DNA from: Dehalococcoidia bacterium
GTDB taxonomy: Bacteria; Chloroflexota; Dehalococcoidia; UBA2979
Assembly: GCA_964291495.2 (NCBI GenBank)
Contig: OZ219867.1
Coordinates: 1 to 64,000 of the forward strand
Direction of reading: 5' to 3'
DNA: 64,000 nt
In this document: one piece after another, positions 16,676 through 26,168 of the stretch
Layout: each line of letters begins with the position of its first letter
Numbering within the stretch: the first letter of the stretch is position 1
Made by a program: the position numbers and the translations under genes
Notes under the pieces: generated by a model
The model's database searches: none
The model's input: the letters and a program-made list of their open reading frames with translations, nothing else
Told to the model about the DNA's origin: nothing

Positions 16676-19600
16676 TCAGCTACACCCGGACGTGGCCCCG
16701 CAGGACATGCACTTCAGGCAGGTGCCGTTGCGCACCATCATCAGCTGGCCGCACTCCGGGCAGGGGTCGCCCTCGAAGCCGTAGTGGCGCGCCGTCGTCT
16801 CCGAGATGGCCGTGGCCGACGCCACTGCCGAGGCGCCGGCGGCTGCGCTCGAGGGCGCCTCGGGGGTTGGGGCGGCGGCAGGGGCCGCCGCGCCGTTGCC
16901 CTCGGCGGTCGTGCCGTGGCCGTTCGAGCCTCCGGCGATCGGGGCCGCCACGAGGTACTCGCTCTGCTTCGGCGCGGGCAGCGGCGCCGGTTCCGGCGTC
17001 GGCCACGCGCCCGGCTCGTCCTCGTCCTCGTCCTCGGCCGTCGAGGTGCTCGAGAGGTCGACCGCGCCGAGGTGGGCGAGGTCGCTGCGGCCCAGGTAGC
17101 TGACCGCCAGCTCGCGGAAGACGTAGTCGATGATCGAGGTCGCCATGCGGACGCGGTCGTTGCCGGTGACGATCCCGTTCGGCTCGAACTTCGTGAACAG
17201 GAAGGAGTCCACGTAGGCGTCGAGCGGCACGCCGTGCTGCAGCCCGATCGAGACGGCGATCGCGAAGCAGTTCATCAGCGAGCGGAACGCCGCCCCATCC
17301 TTGGACATCGAGATGAAGATCTCGCCCAGGCGGGAGTCCTCGAACTCGCCGGTGTGCAGGTAGATCGTGTGGCCGCCGACCTTGGCCTTCTGCGCGAAGC
17401 CCGGCCGCCGCGAGGGCAGCGGCTCGCGCTCGCCGCGCTGCAGGCCCACGAGCCGCCGCGCCAGCGCGCGCGCGTCCGCCCGAGGCAGCGTGCTGATGAT
17501 GCGCTCCACCTCGTCCAGCGCCTTGTTCGGGTCGAGCTCCGCCTCGGCGGACTCCTCCTCGAGGTCGTCGAAGTCCTCGAAGTCGTCGCCGAGCACGGTG
17601 GCGGCGAGAGGCTGCGAGAGCTTGGAGCCGTCGCGGTAGAGCGCGAGCGCCTTGAGCATCGAGTCGGCGCCGGCCTCGTAGACCGCGGCGACGTCGCCGA
17701 CGCTGGCGTCCTCGGGCAGGTTGATCGTCTTGCTGATCGCGCCGGAGAAGAACGGCTGGGCCGCGGCCATCATGCGCACGTGCGCCATCGCTTCGATGTA
17801 GCGCGTGCCGTAGCGGCCGCAGCGGTTGGCGCAGTCGAAGACGGCGTAGTCGTCCTCGCGCAGGTGCGGGGCGCCCTCGATCGTCATGCGGCCGACGATG
17901 TGGTCGTTGGCCTCCTCGATCTGCTCGCGGCTGAAGCCGATCGCCTCGAGCAGGTTCGCGCCGGCGATCTGCTCGTCCGTGAGGCCGAGCACGTCGCGGC
18001 AGAACTCGTCGCCGAGGACGAAGCGGTTGAACGCGAAGGTGATGTCGAACGCCGAGCCGAGCGCCTCGTCGACCTCGTCCAGAACGCGGCGGGTGAAGCC
18101 GTGCTGGGCGAGCGTGTGGCGGTTGATGTGCGGGGCGCCCTCGAGGCGGCCCGTGCCCGCGCAGTAGGCGACGATCTCCTCGACCTGCTGCGTGCTGTAG
18201 CCGAGCGTGCGCAGCGCGCCGGGCACGGACTGGTTGATGATGCGGAAGTAGCCGCCGCCGGCCAGCTTCTTGAACTTGACGAGCGCAAAGTCCGGCTCGA
18301 CGCCGGTCGTGTCGCAGTCCATCAGCAGGCCGATCGTGCCCGTGGGCGCGATCAGCGTCGTCTGCGCGTTGCGGAAGCCGTGCTCCTCGCCGAGGGCGAG
18401 CGCGCGGTCCCACGAGGCCTGCGCCGCCTTGAGCAGCGGCGTCGGGCAGTGCTTCGCGTCGAGGCCCATCGGGAGCGTCGTCAGGCCCTCGTAGTCCTCG
18501 GCGGCCGCGTCGTAGGCGGCGCGGCGGTGGTTGCGGATCACGCGCAGCATCGCCTCGCGGTTCGGTTCCCAGGCGGGGAAGGGGCCGAGCTCGGAGGCGA
18601 TCTCGGCGGAGGTGGCGTAGGAGACGCCGGTCAGCAGCGCGCTGAAGCCGCCGGTCTGGGCGAGCGCCTCGGGCGAGTCGTAGGGCACGCCCTGCTGCAT
18701 GAGCAGCGCGCCGAGGTTGGCGTAGCCGAGGCCGAGCGTGCGGTACTCGTGGGAGAGCTGCGCGATCACCGGGCTCGGGTACTGCGCCATCAGCACCGAG
18801 ATCTCGAGCACGATCGTCCACAGCCGCGTGGCGTGCTCGAACGCCTCGACATCGATCTTGCCGCTCTCCTCGTCGTGGAAGCGCAGCAGGTTGAGCGAGG
18901 CGAGGTTGCAGGCCGTGTCGTCGAGGAACATGTACTCGGAGCAGGGGTTGGAGCCGCGGATCGGGCCGCCCGCCGGCGAGGTGTGCCACTCGTTGATCGT
19001 CGTGTCGTACTGCACGCCCGGGTCGGCCGACTGCCAGGCGGCGCGCGCGATGCGCTCCCACAGGTCGCGGGCGCGCACGGTCTTCGAGGGCTCGCCGTCG
19101 ACGCGGCGGTAGAGCGTCCACTCGCGGTCCTCCTCGACGGCCTCGAGGAAGTCGGCGCTGACGCGCACGGAGTTGTTGGCGTTCTGGCCGGAGACGGTCT
19201 GATAGGCCTCGCCCTGCCAGTCCGTGTCGAACTCGCGCAGGTCGATCGGCGCCTCGTCCGCCTCGGCGAGCTGGAGCACGCGCTGCACGCAGCCGTCCGG
19301 CACGCCGTCGCGGCGGGCGCGCGCGATGGCGCGGCGCAGCGGGCGGTTGCTCGCCGGGTCGAAGCCGCCCTCGGTGGCGGCGAGGACGGCGTTGAGGCGG
19401 CGGCGAATCACGCGCGAGCCGGCGACGAGGGCGGCGACCTTCTGCTCCTCGGCCACCTTCCAGTCGATGAACTCCTCGATGTCGGGGTGATCGACGTCGA
19501 CGATCACCATCTTGGCGGCGCGGCGGGTGGTGCCGCCGGACTTGATCGCGCCCGCGGCGCGGTCGCCGATCTTGAGGAACGACATCAGGCCGGAGGACTT

Positions 19601-20326
19601 GCCGCCACCGGAGAGGAACTCGTTCTCGCCGCGGATCTTCGAGAAGTTGGAGCCGGTGCCGGAGCCGTACTTGAAGATCCGCGCCTCGCGGGTCCAGAGG
19701 TCCATGATCCCGCCCTCGTTGACGAGGTCGTCGGCGACGGACTGGATGAAGCAGGCGTGCGGCTGCGGGCGCTCGTAGGCGCTCGTCGACTGGCGCACCC
19801 CGCCGAACTCCGGGTCGAAGTAGGAGTGACCCTGGGCGGGGCCGGAGATGCCGTAGGCCCAGTGCAGGCCGGTGTTGAACCACTGCGGCGAGTTGGGCGC
19901 GGCGCGCTGGGTCGCCATCATCAGCACCAGCTCGTCGTGGAAGGCGCGCGCGTCCTCCTCGGCGTCGAAGTAGCCGTGCTTCCAGCCCCAGTAGGCCCAG
20001 GTGCCGGCGAGGCGGCCGAAGACCTGGCGCGCGTCGATCTCGCCGCCGGAGTCGTCGGAGCCCTCGGCGGGCACGGAGCGCCACAGCCACTCGGGGACGC
20101 CGTCCTCCTCGACGGCGGCGAGGTCGTCGGCGACGCCGGTCTTGCGGAAGTACTTCTGCGCCATGATGTCGACGGCGACCTGCGACCAGTCGGCGGGCAT
20201 ACGCACCCCGGACGCCTCGAAGACGACCGAGCCGTCGGGGTTGACGATGCGCGAATCCCTGGGCGCGAAGGCGACCCCTTCGAGCGAATCCTGCCCGGCG
20301 GTGGTGAAGTGTCGTTCGATGCGCAT
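16676..20326 (-). CDS. nrdJ: Class II (adenosylcobalamin-dependent) ribonucleotide reductase with C-terminal TSCPD-like domain and Zn ribbon
   Basis: [39 protein letters not shown] and terminal CPECG...CMSCG; alternative start at 20368. Confidence 0.95.
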   Translation of the reverse strand: MRIERHFTTAGQDSLEGVAFAPRDSRIVNPDGSVVFEASGVRMPADWSQVAVDIMAQKYFRKTGVADDLAAVEEDGVPEWLWRSVPAEGSDDSGGEIDARQVFGRLAGTWAYWGWKHGYFDAEEDARAFHDELVLMMATQRAAPNSPQWFNTGLHWAYGISGPAQGHSYFDPEFGGVRQSTSAYERPQPHACFIQSVADDLVNEGGIMDLWTREARIFKYGSGTGSNFSKIRGENEFLSGGGKSSGLMSFLKIGDRAAGAIKSGGTTRRAAKMVIVDVDHPDIEEFIDWKVAEEQKVAALVAGSRVIRRRLNAVLAATEGGFDPASNRPLRRAIARARRDGVPDGCVQRVLQLAEADEAPIDLREFDTDWQGEAYQTVSGQNANNSVRVSADFLEAVEEDREWTLYRRVDGEPSKTVRARDLWERIARAAWQSADPGVQYDTTINEWHTSPAGGPIRGSNPCSEYMFLDDTACNLASLNLLRFHDEESGKIDVEAFEHATRLWTIVLEISVLMAQYPSPVIAQLSHEYRTLGLGYANLGALLMQQGVPYDSPEALAQTGGFSALLTGVSYATSAEIASELGPFPAWEPNREAMLRVIRNHRRAAYDAAAEDYEGLTTLPMGLDAKHCPTPLLKAAQASWDRALALGEEHGFRNAQTTLIAPTGTIGLLMDCDTTGVEPDFALVKFKKLAGGGYFRIINQSVPGALRTLGYSTQQVEEIVAYCAGTGRLEGAPHINRHTLAQHGFTRRVLDEVDEALGSAFDITFAFNRFVLGDEFCRDVLGLTDEQIAGANLLEAIGFSREQIEEANDHIVGRMTIEGAPHLREDDYAVFDCANRCGRYGTRYIEAMAHVRMMAAAQPFFSGAISKTINLPEDASVGDVAAVYEAGADSMLKALALYRDGSKLSQPLAATVLGDDFEDFDDLEEESAEAELDPNKALDEVERIISTLPRADARALARRLVGLQRGEREPLPSRRPGFAQKAKVGGHTIYLHTGEFEDSRLGEIFISMSKDGAAFRSLMNCFAIAVSIGLQHGVPLDAYVDSFLFTKFEPNGIVTGNDRVRMATSIIDYVFRELAVSYLGRSDLAHLGAVDLSSTSTAEDEDEDEPGAWPTPEPAPLPAPKQSEYLVAAPIAGGSNGHGTTAEGNGAAAPAAAPTPEAPSSAAAGASAVASATAISETTARHYGFEGDPCPECGQLMMVRNGTCLKCMSCGATSGCS

Positions 20327-20481
20327 AGCCTGCTCCCACGACTCGGACCTCATCGCGGTCGGCGGCATCTCGCCTCCCGCGCCCCCATACCCTTGGGCTC
20401 AAGCTACTGCGCGCCGGGCGGCTCAGACACCTCAATGGATAGAATGAGCACCCGCGTGAGCGGTTAAGCGAAAGGGACCGT

Positions 20482-20511
20482 AGATTGCGCTACTGGCATA
20501 CCGTTTGTCAA
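20482..20511 (-). promoter_or_regulatory. Putative sigma70 promoter for nrdJ
   Basis: TTGACA-N18-CAATCT on the minus strand in an AT-richer intergenic region. Confidence 0.5.
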
Positions 20512-20621
20512 GTGGATTACGCGGGTATGCATATCTTACACACTAGTCAGTAAGGGCCCTATCTCGATGGAATTGATTGACGTGCTTGGATCGCTATGGG
20601 CCGCCAATCGACACGCGGCGA

Positions 20622-21938
20622 TTACCTGCTCCCCACGATCGCCTCGAGGGCGTCGGGGTCCTTCGGGATCGCCTCGGAGAGCACGCGGTGGCCGCCGCGC
20701 GTGACCAGCACATCGTCCTCGATCCGCACGCCGATGCCACGCAGCCGTCGCGGTACGCCGCGCAGGCCGGGCGCGAAGTAGAGGCCCGGCTCCACCGTCA
20801 GCACCATCCCCGGCCGCAGCGCGACCGACTCGCCGTCCTCGCGGTAGAGGCCGGCGTCGTGCACGTCCATGCCCAGCCAGTGCGAGGTGCCGTGCATGAA
20901 GTAGGGGCGGCTCGCCTCCTGCTTCAGCAGCGTCGGCATCCGGCCTGTGATGACGCCGAGGTCGCGCAGGCCCTCGGTGATCACGCGCTGGGCGCGCTCG
21001 TGCACGTCGTGGAAGCGCACGCCCGGCGCGACCAGCGCGATCGCCTCGCGCTGGGCGGCGAGCACGATCTCGTAGACATCGCGCTGGGCGGCGCGGAAGC
21101 GGCCGTTGGCGGGGTAGGTGCGGCTTACGTCCGCGCCGTAGTAGTCGACCTCGGCGCCTACGTCGAGCAGCAGCAGGTCGCCGTTCGCGATCGACGCGCG
21201 GTTGTCGGTGTAGTGCAGCGTGCAGGAGTTGACGCCCGCCGCGACGATCGAGGGGAAGCCGTCGCGCGGCGATCCGAGGCGGCGGAACTCGGCCTCGAGG
21301 ACGGCCTGCACCTCGTACTCGTGCATGCCGGGGCGCGTCGCGCGCAGCGCCGCGTCGATGCCCGCGCCGGTGATGTCGATCGCGCGCTGCAGCGCCGTGA
21401 TCTCCTCGCGGGTCTTGATCAGGCGTAGGGCGTCGACGAGCGGAGCGGGGTCGATCAGCCGCTCGATCGCCGCGGCCCCGCGCTGCGCTCCGGTGCGGCG
21501 GCCGGCGACGATGCGCGAGATCAGCCGCTCGAGGCGCTCGTCGCTGCCGAGCGAGAAGGCGACGGTCCGCGCCTCGCCGAGCAGCTTCGGCAGTTGCTCC
21601 TCCAGCTCGCCGATCGGGTGGGCGGCGTCCGCGTCGAGCGCCTCGACGGCGCCCTCGACGCCGAGGCGCGGGCCGTCCCAGATCGCCGTCTCCGGGTCGT
21701 ACGGCCGCACGAGCAGCACGAACGGCTGCTCGTGGCCGGGGCGCAGCACTGCGACGGCGTCCGGCTCCTCGAGGCCGGTGAGGTAGTAGAAGCTCGAGCG
21801 CTGGCGGAAGGGGTAGTCGACGTCGCCGTTGCGTTGCGCCTCGCGGCCGGCGCCGAAGACCGCGGCGCTGTCGCGCGGCAGCCGGCGCATCAGGCGCGCA
21901 CGGCGCCTCGCGAAGACGGCGGCTGGGAAGCCGCTCAC
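20622..21938 (-). CDS. pepP: Xaa-Pro aminopeptidase (M24B)
   Basis: FRQ.S.FYYLTG, TLHY, DVGAE...ADVSRT, HGTSHWLGMDVHD, TVEPG and GVRIEDD motifs. Confidence 0.93.
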   Translation of the reverse strand: MSGFPAAVFARRRARLMRRLPRDSAAVFGAGREAQRNGDVDYPFRQRSSFYYLTGLEEPDAVAVLRPGHEQPFVLLVRPYDPETAIWDGPRLGVEGAVEALDADAAHPIGELEEQLPKLLGEARTVAFSLGSDERLERLISRIVAGRRTGAQRGAAAIERLIDPAPLVDALRLIKTREEITALQRAIDITGAGIDAALRATRPGMHEYEVQAVLEAEFRRLGSPRDGFPSIVAAGVNSCTLHYTDNRASIANGDLLLLDVGAEVDYYGADVSRTYPANGRFRAAQRDVYEIVLAAQREAIALVAPGVRFHDVHERAQRVITEGLRDLGVITGRMPTLLKQEASRPYFMHGTSHWLGMDVHDAGLYREDGESVALRPGMVLTVEPGLYFAPGLRGVPRRLRGIGVRIEDDVLVTRGGHRVLSEAIPKDPDALEAIVGSR

Positions 21939-21940
21939 GG

Positions 21941-23311
21941 TCACGCCTCCTCGCGCATGGGAACGAGGAAGCGCATCACGGCCAGGCCGACCAGGCCGGC
22001 CACGACGGAGGCGATGAAGATGCCGACCTTGGCCTGCGCGAGCAGCGCCTCGTCGTCGAACGACAGCTCGGTCACGAACAGCGCCACGGTGAAGCCGATG
22101 CCGGCGATCAGGCCGACGCCGGCGACGCCGGGCCAGGTGACGCCAGCGGGAAGCTCGGCCCCGAGCCGCACGGCGATCCAGGCGGCGAGCGTCGCCCCGA
22201 TGGGCTTGCCGAGCAGCAGGCCGAGCCCGACGCCGAGCGCGAGGGTCGAGGAGGCAGCTTCCTCGAAGGCCCCGCCGCGCAGGTCGACGCCGGCGTTGAC
22301 GAAGGCGAAGAGCGGGACGATGAGGAACGCCGACCACGGCAGCAGGCGGTGCTCGATGCGGTCGAGAGGCGAGACCGCCTGCTCACCGAGTTCACTCAAC
22401 GTGAGCAGGGCGCCGACCCGCTCGTGGTGCGCGGCGTCGTCATCGTCGGGCGCGGCTTCGCGGGCGCGGATCCGGCTGAGCAGCGCCTCGGCGAGGTCGG
22501 GAAGCGCGGCGCTGCGGTACCACGGCTGCAACGGCGTCATCAGCCCCAGCGCGACGCCGAGGATCGTCGGGTGGACACCGGACTCGTGCGCCGCCATCCA
22601 GGCGGCGAGGCCGGCCGCGATGTAGAGCGGCACCAGCTTGATGCCGTTGAAGTTCATCAGCAGCACGAGCGCGAGCAGTGCGACCGTGATGCCGAGTGCC
22701 GCGAGGTCGATGTTGTCCGCGTAGAAGATGGCGATCACGGCGATCGCGCCGATGTCGTCGACGATCGCGAGGGCGAGCAGCAGCACCTTCAGCCCGGCGG
22801 GAACCCGCGACCCGACGAGTGTGAGGACGCCGACGGCGATGGCGATGTCGGTCGCCATCGGGATCGCCCAGCCCTCGCGGGCCGTGTCGCCCTCGACGAT
22901 CGCGAGGAAGATGACGACGGGGACGATCATTCCCCCGGCGGCGGCGGCGATCGGAGCCCAGACCTTGCGGCCGCCGGAGAGCTCGCCGGCGACGACCTCG
23001 CGCTTGATCTCCATCCCCACGACGAAGAAGAACAGCACCATCAGGCCGTCGTTGACCCAGTGCTTCAGATCGGTGTCGAGGTGAAAGAACCCGACATCCA
23101 CAGCGATGTGGTAGTGCACGAACTCTCCGTAGAGCTCGGAGAGCGGCGTGTTGGCGCCGATCAGCGCGAGCATGACCGCGCTGATGATGGCGATCCCGCT
23201 CGCGGCCTCCGTGTGCATGAACTCCTGGAGCGGACGGACCAGGCGGATGATGCGCGCCCGCCGCTCGGCGCGCGCGTGGTTCAGCGTCGCGTCATCGAGC
23301 GGTGTGCTCAT
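21941..23311 (-). CDS. nhaA: Na+/H+ antiporter NhaA
   Basis: HWVNDGLM, GWAIPMATDIA, LAIVDDIG, ESGVHPT, GKPIG and AGIGFTV motifs. Confidence 0.95.
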   Translation of the reverse strand: MSTPLDDATLNHARAERRARIIRLVRPLQEFMHTEAASGIAIISAVMLALIGANTPLSELYGEFVHYHIAVDVGFFHLDTDLKHWVNDGLMVLFFFVVGMEIKREVVAGELSGGRKVWAPIAAAAGGMIVPVVIFLAIVEGDTAREGWAIPMATDIAIAVGVLTLVGSRVPAGLKVLLLALAIVDDIGAIAVIAIFYADNIDLAALGITVALLALVLLMNFNGIKLVPLYIAAGLAAWMAAHESGVHPTILGVALGLMTPLQPWYRSAALPDLAEALLSRIRAREAAPDDDDAAHHERVGALLTLSELGEQAVSPLDRIEHRLLPWSAFLIVPLFAFVNAGVDLRGGAFEEAASSTLALGVGLGLLLGKPIGATLAAWIAVRLGAELPAGVTWPGVAGVGLIAGIGFTVALFVTELSFDDEALLAQAKVGIFIASVVAGLVGLAVMRFLVPMREEA

Positions 23312-23338
23312 GGGCTGGACATCCCGGCCGGGCGGGCG

Positions 23339-23542
23339 CTAGCCGGCGAGCCGGTAGACGCGCTTGCTGCCGTCGCTGCTGACGACGATGGTGCGCGAGC
23401 GCTTGAGCGTGCGCAGCGCCGTGGCGAGGTGCGCGGCCTCGATATCGGGGATGCGCTTCGCGAGGTCGGCCTTGCTCATGTCCTCGCCGTCTGCGAGGGC
23501 GTCGAGGATCTGCTGTTCCAGTTCCTGGGCGATGGTCGCCAT
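23339..23542 (-). CDS. Small winged-helix protein
   Basis: 67 aa: ILDALADGEDMSKADLAKRI...LATALRTLKRSRTI...KRVYRL; GGGAG RBS. Confidence 0.65.
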   Translation of the reverse strand: MATIAQELEQQILDALADGEDMSKADLAKRIPDIEAAHLATALRTLKRSRTIVVSSDGSKRVYRLAG

Positions 23543-23638
23543 GCCGTTCTCCCGACTCGTCACGCCGTCTGCTCACAGTCTGCCGAGCGCGCGCCGCTCG
23601 GTCCAGCGCGCGGCGTTGGGATTCCCGGAGCTGCGTGC

Positions 23639-23713
23639 TGGCGCCCTCGGGAGGATTCGAACCTCCGCACAGGGATTAGGAATCCCTTGCTCTGTCCCCT
23701 GAGCTACGAGGGC
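23639..23713 (-). tRNA. tRNA-Arg(CCT)
   Basis: Cloverleaf with GCCCTCG acceptor stem, anticodon loop TTCCTAA, GGTTCGAATCC T-arm and encoded CCA. Confidence 0.95.
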
Positions 23714-23799
23714 GCGCCTTCCAATCTATGCGGCGGCGGCCCCGAACGCACAGGGCGGGCGCCTAGCTGGGTCCATGCGGGAGCCGCCCGCGGGCAGTA

Positions 23800-24408
23800 C
23801 TAGCGGGAGGCGGCGTAGTCCGTGTCATCGCGCACACGCTCGTAGTCCTCACGCAACAGCCAGTGGCACCACAGATTCTGACTCTTGATGCTGAGCCTTT
23901 GCCCGAAGCGGCCAGCGCGCCAACCCGCGACCTCTACTTGGGTCTCGCGCTCTCCAGCAAGCACCTCTTCGATCGCGGGAATCAGATCAGTATCGGCGGA
24001 GCAAACAACCCCCACGTCGTAGTGCCCCTCGTGCGCGAGAAGCGCAATGTCGAGCGCCATCCTCACGTCGCTCCCCTTCTCTTGTGGCCGTTGACCGTCG
24101 GCGTTGTCAGGCCAGCCGTAGGGGTATCTCAGTTGACGTGTAAAGACGTGGCAGCCCGCCTGCTCCCATGCCTGACATTGGAGCACGTTCGCCCGGTGTG
24201 CCGCCGGTTGCAGGTACGCGTCAGGGCGTCCCGTGTACAGCCGCACTTCTGCCAAGGTCCGGCCTGCATCGCGAGCGGCCAGCAACTCACCCAGAGTCCA
24301 CGGGTGGAACTGGCCGAACCTGTACGGGTCGGTCCCATCGTCAAAGAACGCCCGGCGTGCGTTCCGATAGAAGTTCTGTGCGTCCACAAAGACAATGACG
24401 CGGTTCAC
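23800..24408 (-). CDS. NYN domain (LabA/DUF88, PIN-like) ribonuclease
   Basis: VFVDAQN, QEKGSDVRMALD and SADTDLIP acidic motifs; lower GC than flanks. Confidence 0.9.
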   Translation of the reverse strand: MNRVIVFVDAQNFYRNARRAFFDDGTDPYRFGQFHPWTLGELLAARDAGRTLAEVRLYTGRPDAYLQPAAHRANVLQCQAWEQAGCHVFTRQLRYPYGWPDNADGQRPQEKGSDVRMALDIALLAHEGHYDVGVVCSADTDLIPAIEEVLAGERETQVEVAGWRAGRFGQRLSIKSQNLWCHWLLREDYERVRDDTDYAASR

Positions 24409-24427
24409 TGTCCCGCCTTGGACAAGC

Positions 24428-24460
24428 AAAACCCCGCCAGCCCCCGAAGGGGCGGCGGGG
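24428..24460 (-). terminator. Intrinsic terminator-like hairpin in the NYN 5' leader
   Basis: Minus strand CCCCGCC-GCCCC-TTCG-GGGGC-T-GGCGGGG followed by TTTT, about 20 nt before the NYN start. Confidence 0.7.
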
Positions 24461-24472
24461 AGGATTGACCCA

Positions 24473-24502
24473 AGTATCCGGCGAGACAATGCCCGAAGTC
24501 AA
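24473..24502 (-). promoter_or_regulatory. Putative sigma70 promoter upstream of the NYN leader hairpin
   Basis: TTGACT-N18-GATACT on the minus strand. Confidence 0.45.
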
Positions 24503-24529
24503 CGTGTGAGAGGCGCGGCCACCCGCAGT

Positions 24530-26143
24530 CTAGCCGCCGCGCGAGCGGCGGCGGCGCTCGGCGCGGCTGAGCCGCTGCTGACGCGGACGCGCCGCCGAGA
24601 GCGGCTGCGAGGGCGCCTCGGGGGCCGTGGCTGCCTGCTCCAGGTAGCGCGCGTGCGGGACCGCGTGCCGCACGAAGGCGTCGCCCTTCGTGCGCTGCTC
24701 GCGGTGGGCGCGGTTCGCCTCGTCCCAGAGGCCGTAGTAGTCCAGCTCCCGCCTCGCGACCTCCGGGTCGAGCAGGCCGAGGCCGTCGAGCGTGAAGAAC
24801 CAGAGCTTCATGTCGATCGCCCCGAAGTAGGGGTCGAGGTCGGAGCTGATCGGCGTCTTGTGCCTCCACAGGTCGAGCCGCTCGCGCGCCGAGTCGTTGA
24901 TCCCGATCGACCGCCAGAAGTCGGTGTCGTCGCGGCCACCCTGGTAGTGCATCACCAGGAAGTCGCGGAAGTCGTCGTACATCCGGCCCATGCGGCGGTT
25001 GTAGCGTTCGAGGACCGGCTCCGCGTCGAAGTCGAAGTGCTCCGTCAGGTACTCCTGCACCAGCACTAGCAGCTGCACCAGCGTGCCGTGGATCGAGGTC
25101 GACTCGAGCGGCTCGCTGAACGCGCCGGAGAGCCCGACCGCGACACAGTTCTTGACCCAGAGCCGGCGGAAGCGGCCGCTCGCGATGCGAATGTCGCCCC
25201 ACGGCTCGATCGGGTGGCCGAGCGCCGCCTCGACCTCGGCCTGCGCCTCGTCGCGGCTGATGAAGTCGTCGCAGTAGGCGTAGCCGCAGCCCAGCCGCTC
25301 CTGCGTCGGGATCTGCCAGAGCCACCCGGCGGAGAGCGCCCAGGCATGCGTGTACGAGGGGATCGAGGCGCCCTCCTCGTGCGGCACGGAGAAGGGCAGC
25401 GCGCGGTTCACCGGCAGGTGCTCGGCGTAGGAGATCCACTCCTCCTCGTACGTCCCGCCGATGATCAGCTTGCGGAAGCCGGAGCAGTCGACGAAGAAGT
25501 CCCCCTCGATCTCCCGGCCGTCGGCGAGCGTGACGCTGCGCACGTGCCCGTTGCCCGGCTCGAGGTTGACCGCCTCGACGGTGCCCTCGATGTGCGTGAC
25601 GCCCTCGCACTTCGAGCGCAGGTAGGCGCCGACGATGTGGGTGTCGAAGTGGTAGGCGTAGTCCCAGGCGCTCTGCTCGGGCTGCCCCGGCGGGCGGCTG
25701 TAGGGCGCGAGGTGGTCGAGCATCAGCCGCGAGTTGAGCACGTTCTCCCACGCCGGCTCGCCCTCGGCGACGGGGGCCGCGAAGAAGTAGGGGAATGTCT
25801 CCGGCGGCACCGCAGGGATGCCGAGCTGGCGGTCGTCGTTGAGCGGGCCGAGGTAGTAGGAGCCGTCGCCAGTCCAGTTGCGATGCAGGATGCCGAGCTT
25901 GAACGAGGCCTTCGTCTCGCGCAGGAACTCGCGCTCGTTCGAGAGATTGCGGATGAAGGTGGTGAACAGCCCGGTCGTTGCCTCGCCGACGCCGACGATC
26001 GGAATGTCGGGCGCCTCGACGACGACGATCTCGAGGCCGTCGGCCCCACGCCCGCGCTTCCAGAAGCGCGAGAGGTGGATCGCGGAGAGCCAGCCGGCCG
26101 TGCCGCCGCCGACGATCACGATCTTCCTGATCTGCGTGTACAT
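24530..26143 (-). CDS. Flavin-dependent halogenase (tryptophan halogenase family)
   Basis: GGGTAGW, GVGEAT, conserved Lys in ASFKLGI, FFVDCSG, GWLWQIP (WxWxIP) and FSEPLEST. Confidence 0.9.
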   Translation of the reverse strand: MYTQIRKIVIVGGGTAGWLSAIHLSRFWKRGRGADGLEIVVVEAPDIPIVGVGEATTGLFTTFIRNLSNEREFLRETKASFKLGILHRNWTGDGSYYLGPLNDDRQLGIPAVPPETFPYFFAAPVAEGEPAWENVLNSRLMLDHLAPYSRPPGQPEQSAWDYAYHFDTHIVGAYLRSKCEGVTHIEGTVEAVNLEPGNGHVRSVTLADGREIEGDFFVDCSGFRKLIIGGTYEEEWISYAEHLPVNRALPFSVPHEEGASIPSYTHAWALSAGWLWQIPTQERLGCGYAYCDDFISRDEAQAEVEAALGHPIEPWGDIRIASGRFRRLWVKNCVAVGLSGAFSEPLESTSIHGTLVQLLVLVQEYLTEHFDFDAEPVLERYNRRMGRMYDDFRDFLVMHYQGGRDDTDFWRSIGINDSARERLDLWRHKTPISSDLDPYFGAIDMKLWFFTLDGLGLLDPEVARRELDYYGLWDEANRAHREQRTKGDAFVRHAVPHARYLEQAATAPEAPSQPLSAARPRQQRLSRAERRRRSRGG

Positions 26144-26168
26144 GGAGAGAGTGTAGCGCGGAGGCGGC

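Noticed and set aside
20327-20480. Cobalamin riboswitch or NrdR boxes in the nrdJ leader
   Set aside because: No B12-box core recognisable; CCCCATACCCTTGGG only loosely resembles an NrdR box and no tandem copy is seen
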